DNA of 64,000 bases, from NCBI GenBank assembly GCA_965644495.1, contig CBFFSA010000001.1:4030001-4094000 (forward strand), in the 5' to 3' direction. A model generated the notes under the pieces. The model was not told the DNA's origin and searched no databases. It was given only the letters and a program-made list of their open reading frames with translations. The position numbers and the translations under genes were made by a program. The DNA is from Perkinsela sp. CCAP 1560/9. Taxonomy: Eukaryota > Protista > Euglenozoa: Kinetoplastea. Of this stretch, positions 18,762 through 26,903 are shown piece after piece; positions within the stretch are counted from its first letter, which is position 1; every line of letters starts with the position of its first letter.

Positions 18762-20565
18762 CATATGAGGGGCTGCGGGTGGGGATTCGGTGCGGTCTCG
18801 GTGCGGCGTACGCACTTATCTCAGTGCAAGAACAGAAAGTGTGGAATGGGTAGGGGGTGGGGGCAGGGGCGTAGAAGGCGAAGGCGAGGCTACATGAATC
18901 CGGACATTGTTGAAGAGGAAATATTAACAAATATTTACAAATATTAACAAATCTGTACAGTTAGTAACAAATCTACTAAAAGGAATATACGCGTGAGTTT
19001 ACCAAAGAAAGGGGTAACCCTGATACACTCATTTATAACTACAAATTAATCACGAGCCTTGAACGTAAATCTTTTTCTTTTTGGTGTACACCCCCTAGTC
19101 CCACCGGAAGCCTACCCCCTCCCCCCGCCCATAAGTAAATATAATTACGTAGCACACTTACCGGTCGAGCAGAAAATTTGGTCCACTTTTATTTGGCCCC
19201 AACAAATTTGGTCCACATAAATTTTGGTCCGACTTTATTTTTCCTTCCGCGGCTGTCCAAAATACTTTTTGACTTTATTGTCAGTCGTTTTCAAAGTTTA
19301 CTAAATTTAGAACTCCTCATTAGAAATTTTTGCTTCTTTCAATCGACACTTCTTTTTTTAGTCTTCGTGTAATGTCTCAGTCTGTTGAATGGGTGCAGAA
19401 AATCTTTGATCAAGAGATTTACTCTACGCATGTAGGGTCATCACTATAACACATATAGTGAGGCAGAAGTTATAGCAATTTGTGAATTGTGTGTGACACG
19501 AAAGGTTGCTAGTATTGTGAGCTACTGGAATAGCACACAAAGCAAAAACAAACTAAAAGTACGGTCCTTCATTTTCTGGAAAACGAAAAATCTAATAACG
19601 ATATCAAGCCTCGAGGGAGGCCAGGAAAATATATCTTTTTTGTTTCAATGCACGAAAAATTTGGCCCCAATAATTTTGGTCCACATAAATATTGGTCCGA
19701 CTTTTTTTGCGAGCTCGAAGGACCAAATTAAAAAAATGTCAAATTTTTTGCTCGACCGGCATTTGATTTTTTAGGCTCATAGGCAACGCCATCTATATTT
19801 TCCCTAAGCCACTCTCTGCGGCTTTCGATACCATCAACTACACCGCACCCTTTACTACATAAACACTCACCTTCATCGCTTGTAGATTTCGGTTAAAGTA
19901 AAGCAAAATTCGCCTTTTTTGCAAAAAAAAATGCTTTACACCCTATCTAGAAATCTACCCTTGCATTTCTTAATACAGTGCCACACACTATCCTCTAATT
20001 CCATTTCTTTTGGTGATGAGTGTGTCCTTTTTCCACAGAAAACCCTTCTCGTGACAAGCCCATGGCATTGAAGCCACTGCTCGCACTATGCTTCCGTCCG
20101 GCGTGATATACGGATGAGGGTGAACTTTCTTCGACAAGCGAACCCCCGACACCCCTGGCATACCATAGAAAATAACGGAAAAAGGGTATACAATAGTCAT
20201 ATACAATATTATGTACGTAGATAATGTCCTTTTGTCGAAAGGAAAAATGTCAAGCTAAAAAGTCATAAGAAAAGCGAATTTTCCTTTACTTTCACCTAGA
20301 TTTCAAACTTAAATTTATAATCGAATCGAAATCATACTGCGGCTGAGTGGGAAACGAACCGAACTATTGTTAGTAGAAAGGATGAAAATGATTCAGACAA
20401 AGAAACAAAGGAAAATATAGCTAGAAGCGTACACCGAATCGGAAATTCCACATAAAAATAATAAACAAATGTAAACTTTTTACTCTTTTTATATCTCTCC
20501 CCACCGAAAATACTAACCGCGGTCTCGGTGCGGTCTCGGTGGAAGTACCCGCAGCCCCTCATGTG
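18762..20565. mobile_element. TA-flanked non-autonomous TIR element nested in the Merlin
   Basis: TA|CATATGAGGGGCTGCGGGT ... ACCCGCAGCCCCTCATGTG|TA; subterminal CGGTGCGGTCTCGGTG motifs near both ends. Confidence 0.72.
19161..19759. mobile_element. MITE nested inside the 18762-20565 element
   Basis: TA|CCGGTCGAGCAGAAAATTT ... AAATTTTTTGCTCGACCGG|CA (right TA probably mutated); TTTGGTCC/TTTGGCCCC subterminal repeats near both ends. Confidence 0.75.
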
Positions 20566-20637
20566 TAGTACTGATCATTTTTTTGTTTTCTTATCAACAT
20601 GAGCATTCAAGTACAGAGTTGCACACAAGTTAACATA

Positions 20638-21741
20638 CTGTGCGCCCCCCACTTATTTGTCGTAGTCCCCCCCCCACTTAATTGTCCTTTTTGACGAGAC
20701 TGGGCAGTAGTTTGGGGGGGGGAGCAATTTTTCCCTACGAACCTCATACATACAGTGTATCAGAACCCGATGTCAGTAAGTAGTATTGTTTGTATATACT
20801 TTCTACTTCAAGTTTTTCATATCACAATACCTAGCTATGTTTTTTTTCTTTGAAACTTAGTCCACCTCTTCCACAGAGTTTTGACGCGTCTGTGGCAGTA
20901 TAAAGAGTTACTCCTGTTGTGCGCGGTTCGCTGGCTTGGTTCCAGGTTCGGTCTATGGCCAATCGGAAAATATCCGATTTTCCAGTGTTCCATTGCAAGA
21001 GAAGTACGCTAGATAATCTTGAATCCCAATTATGGGCATGCGCCTGACTTGTACATTCGAAGAGGAGTTCCAGAGCATAATCAACTTCATACAGCGGTTT
21101 GCGTGCGATTCTGAGTACCCAAAGGAGCCGTGCAATCCAGCGTACTGCCGTACGAACAGTAAAGTCATCATAAGTAGACTTTGGTGTCACCCACGATGAG
21201 ACCGTTTCACTACGAACTCGCCAAAAAAGAATGTCCTTCTTCCATTCGTATTCAACTCCCAAAAAAATGGCCTTCAGACTTTCGCAGAATGGTTTTGGTT
21301 CTTTCCAGTACGCCTGTAAAATTTTGGAATCCTCCCTGCGAACAACCATTCCCCACCACCACCACTCCCTTCTTCCCTCACTGCGAACAGTCATTTCCCA
21401 CCACCATCCCGGTCGTCTCGCCCATGCCGCCTTGATGCTTGGGTTACAATATGGCCTCCTGCCCCACGAGTCGGTGCTCTATCAAACCCCATACCTTATA
21501 GCGGTTTGACAAAAGAAACTACTACTACTATAAACTTTACTAGTACAGGAAAGGTAGAAAAACTACTCATACGATAAAGATACCGTTTCTGTAAAGCCAA
21601 CTTTATCCGAACGCTTTGGAGATTCCGAAAATAATGAAAAAAGTTTGGGACTTTTGTTTCATCTAACCAAATAAATTGACCCCCCCACTTAATTGTCCTT
21701 TTTTTGAAAACGTGGTGACAAATAAGTAGGGGGGGGCACAG
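20638..21741. mobile_element. TA-flanked TIR element inserted into a 19-bp minisatellite
   Basis: TA|CTGTGCGCCCCCACTTATTTGTC ... GACAAATAAGTAGGGGGGGGCACAG|TA; CCCCCCACTTAATTGTCCTTTTT near both ends; flanks rejoin to AACATA-CCTGTAAC. Confidence 0.72.
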
Positions 21742-21845
21742 TACCTGTAACAGCATAACATACCTGTAACAGCATAACATACCTGTAACAGCATAACATA
21801 CCTGTAACACGATAACATACCGGTGGGTATGTTATCCTGTAACAC
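21742..21845. repeat. 19-bp minisatellite TACCTGTAACAGCATAACA x4 plus an inverted copy
   Basis: Direct read; the same motif with GATAACATACC..GGTATGTTATC hairpin occurs at 18641-18705. Confidence 0.85.
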
Positions 21846-22058
21846 CGTTTAGGTGCAAGATTTTTTGGGAAAAACAAAGTTTTGTTATTTAAGGGATAAC
21901 ACTTGTTTTGGTAACTTGCATTTAAAAAATCATTTGAAAGTAAATATATAATATAGCGCGCGTAGAATAATACATACCTGGTCTGTACCTGGAGATGTAC
22001 CCCAAGGCTTTACACGATACCGAGTAAAACCACCGAAAAACTCAGTTCGACCAAAGTA

Positions 22059-22826
22059 CACCCCTGGGCAGCTTCATTTACCCCCCCACAGGTCTTGTAT
22101 TTTGTTCGATTTCGGAAATATTTGGTATGGGACTGTTTTTCGCTCCGATCGTCTCGAATCCGCGGTCGTTTTCACTCGAGCGACCTTGATTTGCTCCGAG
22201 ACCTTAAAATTTTTGTCCAAAAAGTCAATTTTTTTTGCCCACCCTAGAAAAATCTACTTTTTTTCGGGTTTTTCCTCAATGGTCAAACGGTATCGGGCTT
22301 CTTCCCTCCCGAATCAGCGTATTTCACCAGAAAGGCGAACTCTCATCATAGCACGCTACAAGGAACTAAAATCCCTACGTGCTGTAGCTAATGAGCTCAA
22401 AATCTCCAGGAATGGAGTAAGATATTGGGTGCGGCACTTTGAAAAGATGTTTTATCAGGAGTACATGTCGATAAATTAAGAAATCTATTTAAAGACTTCC
22501 GCAAACGACTTAAATTGGTGGTAGAAAAGAAAGGTGATCACATTGGTTATTGAATACGTATTCAGCGTCTTTTTTGCGTTCTCTAAGCGTGATTTACATT
22601 TTTAAAAACGTAAAAAATTATTTAAAAGCAAGAAAAAAATTCAAAAAAAAAAGTGTACACCCTCAAAAATTGTCTAGTCATTTTAGTAAAAAAAATATTA
22701 TTCCAATCATGAAAAGGACCGCGGATTCGAGACGATCGCAGCGAAAAACAGTCCCATACCAAATATTTCCGAAATCGAACAAAATGCAAGACCTGTAGGG
22801 GGGGTAAATGAAGCTGCCCAGGGGTG
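22059..22826 (+). mobile_element. Tc1/IS630-type transposon, internal deletion derivative, with about 115-bp TIRs and TA TSD
   Basis: TA|CACCCCTGGGCAGCTTCATTTACCCCCCC ... GGGGTAAATGAAGCTGCCCAGGGGTG|TA; near-perfect long TIRs; transposase N- and C-terminal remnants inside. Confidence 0.9.
22279..22553 (+). pseudogene. Deleted Tc1-like transposase (HTH fused out of frame to the C-terminus)
   Basis: MVKRYR...SLRAVANELKISRNGVRYWVRHF is an HTH; in another frame VDKLRNLFKDFRKRLKLVVEKKGDHIGY* matches the Tc1/IS630 C-terminal RL..V....G....Y motif; DDE core missing. Confidence 0.8.
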
Positions 22827-23030
22827 TATAAAAAAACGTTGCTGTGGACGTAGCTCGGAAAGGTGGGGGTCGCTAAACCCCAACATTGTGAGATCACGAA
22901 AGTATACTGTATATCTAACAATGTCCCTGACCTATAATGTACAAAACACTATGCACAAACGGATCTATATACATGTATAAAAGGAGTTAAAAATGAAAAA
23001 GAATAGACCAGGTATGACACGCAATTTTTT

Positions 23031-23357
23031 TTACTCTTCCTCACTGGAAAGAGTTTCTTGGCTAGCTTCAGAAAAGCTGCAGAAACTATCGCTGAGATCA
23101 TTCATGATTTCAATGTCCTCGCATCCGTAGAAATCGCGGATGCACTCAAGTATATTAATAAAACGCACCTGCCGTGCTTCTTTGCGCTCTGATTTCCCAT
23201 ACCCGTACTTTACGCATTTCAAGGCCGCATTGCGGCGCAGATCCATTGAAGACATACCATAATTGTAGTGTTGTTGCTTTATCCAATGTTTGATTGTCCG
23301 GTGCGCAGCCTCCGCATGGTTTGTATGATGCCCTTTTAGGGTCACGAATTCTTTCTC
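23031..23357 (-). pseudogene. Merlin/IS1595 transposase C-terminal fragment
   Basis: KEFVTLKGHHTNHAEAAHRTIK matches the FV...G.HTN.IE..W...K motif carrying the last catalytic Glu; upstream part is missing. Confidence 0.75.
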
Positions 23358-23645
23358 CAGAAGTGAGCTTCGCTCACAGTTGGGCCTTGCTCTCAGACGG
23401 GGGCTTTTGCCTCCAGAAGTGGGCTTCGCTGGCAGAATCCTAGAAAATTTCGGTGAAAAAAAATCAAAACCCGTTCGTTGAATCGTTCAACGAAGTAGAG
23501 ACATAGCCGATATTTGGCCTTTTTCGCTAAAAAACGATTCCCTTGTGATGGGGGACTATGGTATTTCATTGCCAAAGGTCTTGAAACCACCCAAAGCAAC
23601 AAATTACAAGTAACATTTTTTTTCAGTTTCAAACTCTATTCCTTT

Positions 23646-24314
23646 ATGTTGAGGTTAAACGTTTTAACCAGCGAATCCCTGTCGATTCGTAAATCTCGCT
23701 TAGGAAGAATCGGTCTAAATTCTCAACCTGACGAAATTATGCTATCGATGTTCATACAAGAAATTGAAACTCATCATCGCAGTTGGAAATCTTCCTGTTC
23801 ACCATGTAAATGGAGTGGGGTTGTCTGTAATCCCGAAGGGCAAGTGCGCTCTATGTTTTGGAATGACCACAATTTACGAGGATGCAATTTGACTTGGAGG
23901 CACCTTCCTCAACAATTGGCATATCTAGACTTGTCGTCTAACAAACTAAGCGGTCCTGTATCACTCGATGAATTCCCACGGGACATGCGGGCGATAACTT
24001 TATCCAACAATAAATTTACAGGGAACTTAAAGTTTTCTGAGTGCCCTCCAATGTTAAGATCGCTGTATTTAGACGGGAACAAGTTTCAAGGTATTGTATA
24101 TATTCATGACCTATCCGAGCACTTATGTCGCATCAACCTCTCAGGGAATTCAGGTCTTTACGGATGGTATGATTCAAAAAGGTTACCCGAGGATCTCAAT
24201 GTCTTTTTGTTAGATGGCACATATATTTTTAAGAAGCCTTCATCTTGGCAATGTTTAACTTTAGTCTGTGCAATGGGTGCACTTGCTGGAGTCACTACAC
24301 TATTACGTTTATGA
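23646..24314 (+). CDS. LRR protein, tandem copy B (mosaic of copies A and C)
   Basis: 222 aa, aligns without gaps to 17648 and 25835; ATG at 23646 by paralogy. Confidence 0.9.
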   Translation: MLRLNVLTSESLSIRKSRLGRIGLNSQPDEIMLSMFIQEIETHHRSWKSSCSPCKWSGVVCNPEGQVRSMFWNDHNLRGCNLTWRHLPQQLAYLDLSSNKLSGPVSLDEFPRDMRAITLSNNKFTGNLKFSECPPMLRSLYLDGNKFQGIVYIHDLSEHLCRINLSGNSGLYGWYDSKRLPEDLNVFLLDGTYIFKKPSSWQCLTLVCAMGALAGVTTLLRL

Positions 24315-24356
24315 CTCCATTCGTAATCGGCTACTGTGCCCTCCCAGTAAGAGATA

Positions 24357-25230
24357 CAAGTTATCGTAACAAAAGTCGTGGCAACAAAAGTTGTGTCAAC
24401 AAAAGTCGTGTTAATGCAAAAAAGGTGGTGAGGAACAAAAGTATGTTAAAAAATAGATTTTGTTTTCTTTATTTATAAAATAGATGCATATTTGCTCACC
24501 CCCCTTGAAGCAAAGGTCTTGGGCGACCTAAATTCCATAGAGACCCCAAAGCAGTACCCTTCTTCCCTAGAGGAAAAGGTCATGGTGGCACAAATGGCGA
24601 AAAGCTTGGGTCCGAGCAAAGCTTCTCGCGAATCGGAAAGAGTTCATGGTACGTTTCATTCAGTTTCCCTTTTTTCAAAATACTTATCTCACTACAACGA
24701 AAGTAAACGTAAAGGTCTACCCGAAAACGAGCGCTACTTTAAATCAAAATCTATGGGAAGGTCCACAATACTCACTGACCTTGAGTAGAAGCTCGTAAGA
24801 AAGCGAAGAAAAAAAGTAAGAAAGTATCTCACCCAGAAATTGAAAAACTGAAGAAAATTTCTAGAAGTGCAACACTCTTAAAACGGTCACCTTTGATAGT
24901 CCGAGCGGCTAAAGAGCGCGAGTTCCGCTACAAAATGTCACTCGATTGATTGGTAATTGTCTTTTGTAAATTATAATATATTTTTTGGAATCTTCTGTAA
25001 ATGGGCCCGTGCTCTAATAAATATTTTACTGCGTTTGAAGTTTGCAATTTTCTTTGTGAAATGAGTGACTAAATGAAACTTTTCTTCAATGGGCGTGTTT
25101 TTTTAGCAAACAGTAAGAATTGGCAAAGTTTTGTAAAAAAGTGAACATATGTTGTGGCAACATAAGTTGTGTCAACATAAGTCGTGTTAATTAACATGAC
25201 TTTTGTTGACATAACTTAATTTCCCCCCTG
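24357..25230 (+). mobile_element. pogo-like element remnant with 16-bp subterminal repeats
   Basis: Right end GACATAACTTAATTTCCCCCCTG|TA; left end TA|CA-AGTTAT looks like the same TIR with a short deletion; AAGTYGTGKCAACAWA repeats at both ends; internal ORF 24492-24788 (EEKVMVAQMAKSLGPSKASR...GRSTIL) resembles a transposase N-terminal HTH. Confidence 0.6.
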
Positions 25231-25250
25231 TAGTTAATAGAAGAAAACTA

Positions 25251-25339
25251 AACCATGTTCCAGGACAGTATACCCATGCCCACTTAGTATACCTACTAGG
25301 TATACTAGGTATACCTAGTAGGTATCCTGGAACATGGTT
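25251..25339. mobile_element. 89-bp micro-MITE with 15-bp perfect TIRs, TA-flanked
   Basis: TA|AACCATGTTCCAGGA ... TCCTGGAACATGGTT|TA; internal inverted pair ATACCTACTAGGTAT / ATACCTAGTAGGTAT. Confidence 0.78.
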
Positions 25340-25341
25340 TA

Positions 25342-25691
25342 CAGTGCGGAACATTATTACGGGACACCTTAATTAAGGGACACCCCCTTTCTGGTCAAAA
25401 GTGTCCAGTAATTAAGTGTCCCTTAGCTTTGACCTGTGAAATGATCTGTGAAATGTAGTGAGTGATTGTACTAAAGGTTCTGTTGCTATATTTTTTGTTA
25501 TTTTTATACACTGCTTATTTGGGCGTGTAAAACTGTTTTGCGGAGAATACGCCGGCCTAGCCCGATCCTACACACTTCGTTCCAGGAAGTGGGAGCGAAA
25601 CTCACTCCAAGACCCAAGTGTTCCGTAATTGAGTTGTCCCGTAATTAACGTGTCCCGTAATTAACGTGTCCCGTAACAAAATCCCGCACTG
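25342..25691. mobile_element. pogo/Tigger-type MITE
   Basis: TA|CAGTGCGGAACATTATTACGGGACAC ... GTGTCCCGTAACAAAATCCCGCACTG|TA; GTCCCGTAATT subterminal repeats. Confidence 0.82.
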
Positions 25692-25834
25692 TATATTTGG
25701 CCTTTTTCGCCCAAAACCGATTCCCTTACCGTGGGGGACTACGAGTATTTCATGGCCAAAGGTCTTGAAACTACCTATACACAAGGCAACAAATTGCAAG
25801 TAACATTTTTTTCAGTTTCAAATTATATTCCTTT

Positions 25835-26503
25835 ATGTTGAGGTTTAACGTTTTAACCAGAGAATCCCCACTGATTCGTAAATCTCGCTTAGGAAGAGTC
25901 GGTCTAAATTCTCAACCTGACGAAATTATACTATCGATGTTCATACAAAAAATACGAACCTACCATCACAGTTGGAGCTCTTCCTGTCCACCGTGTAAAT
26001 GGAGTGGGGTTGTCTGTAATCCCGAAGAGCAAGTGCGCTCTATGTTTTGGAATGACCACAATTTACGAGGATGCAATTTGACTTGGAGGCACCTTCCTCA
26101 ACAATTGGCATATCTAGACTTGTCGTCTAACAAACTAAGCGGTCCTGTATCACTCGATGAATTCCCACGGGACATGCGGGCGATAACTTTATCCAACAAT
26201 AAATTTACAGGGAACTTAAAGTTTTCTGAGTGCCCTCCAATGTTAAGATCGCTGTATTTAGACGGGAACAAGTTTCAAGGTATTGTATATATTCATGACC
26301 TATCCGAGCACTTATGTCGCATCAACCTCTCAGGGAATTCAGGTCTTTACGGATGGTATGATTCAAAAAGGTTACCCGAGGATCTCAATGTCTTTTTGTT
26401 AGATGGCACATATATTTTTAAGAAGCCTTCATCTGAGCAATGTTTAACTTTTGCCTGTGCAATGGGTGCACTTGCTGGAGTCACTACGCTATTACGTTTA
26501 TAA
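25835..26503 (+). CDS. LRR protein, tandem copy C
   Basis: 222 aa paralog with the same upstream TTTTTTTCAG acceptor context. Confidence 0.9.
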   Translation: MLRFNVLTRESPLIRKSRLGRVGLNSQPDEIILSMFIQKIRTYHHSWSSSCPPCKWSGVVCNPEEQVRSMFWNDHNLRGCNLTWRHLPQQLAYLDLSSNKLSGPVSLDEFPRDMRAITLSNNKFTGNLKFSECPPMLRSLYLDGNKFQGIVYIHDLSEHLCRINLSGNSGLYGWYDSKRLPEDLNVFLLDGTYIFKKPSSEQCLTFACAMGALAGVTTLLRL

Positions 26504-26903
26504 CACCACATCCATTTTTGTTTTTTGATATGTTATCTAATTACTTCTCCGCTACTTAGGAGTGCGCCGACTATGGACGCTTGGATTCTTAAATAGGGTG
26601 GAGGGGTCGAGCTAAGAAAAAAATATCTTTGATCTACAAAACCGAACCCATAAGTAAATAGGACTCTTAAGTAGGGGGCGAAGAGGGTCGAAATGATTTC
26701 GCAGATCAAGACGGTGATAATAGTGTGAACAATGAAAAGCGAAAGTGTCTTTGTGAAAGCTAACCGTCAGGGGAGTTTTTGATTTTAATACATGCAACTC
26801 TAATCTGTGACTCTTTAACCTGCTATCTCTCAATATTTTTAATATTGCTTCCGAATGTAACGGGATTTGTGGGCTTGTTCTTCAGATTATTTATTCGTAC
26901 ATT

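Larger units (their letters stand above)
18363..23508 (-). mobile_element. Merlin (IS1595/IS1016-like) DNA transposon, internally deleted, with nested insertions
   Basis: TIRs of about 50 bp: GGGTACGTCTCTACTTCGTTGAA-TATTCAACGAACGGG vs reverse complement GGCTATGTCTCTACTTCGTTGAACGATTCAACGAACGGG; 8-bp TSD GATATTTG at 18355-18362 and 23509-23516; Merlin-type catalytic motif inside. Confidence 0.85.

Noticed and set aside
20831-21394. 187-aa minus-strand ORF inside a TIR element, possibly a transposase or SWIM-finger remnant
   Set aside because: No motif I can support; left as unassigned element interior.
23514-23645. N-terminal extension of LRR copy B in the ORF track
   Set aside because: It starts at a non-ATG codon overlapping the TSD; paralogs A and C start at the ATG equivalent to 23646, downstream of the conserved AG acceptor.
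26544-26684. Weak inverted repeat CTTCTCCGCTACTTAGGAGT / ACTCTTAAGTAGGGGGCGAAG
   Set aside because: May be a decayed MITE, but there are too many mismatches and no clear TSD.
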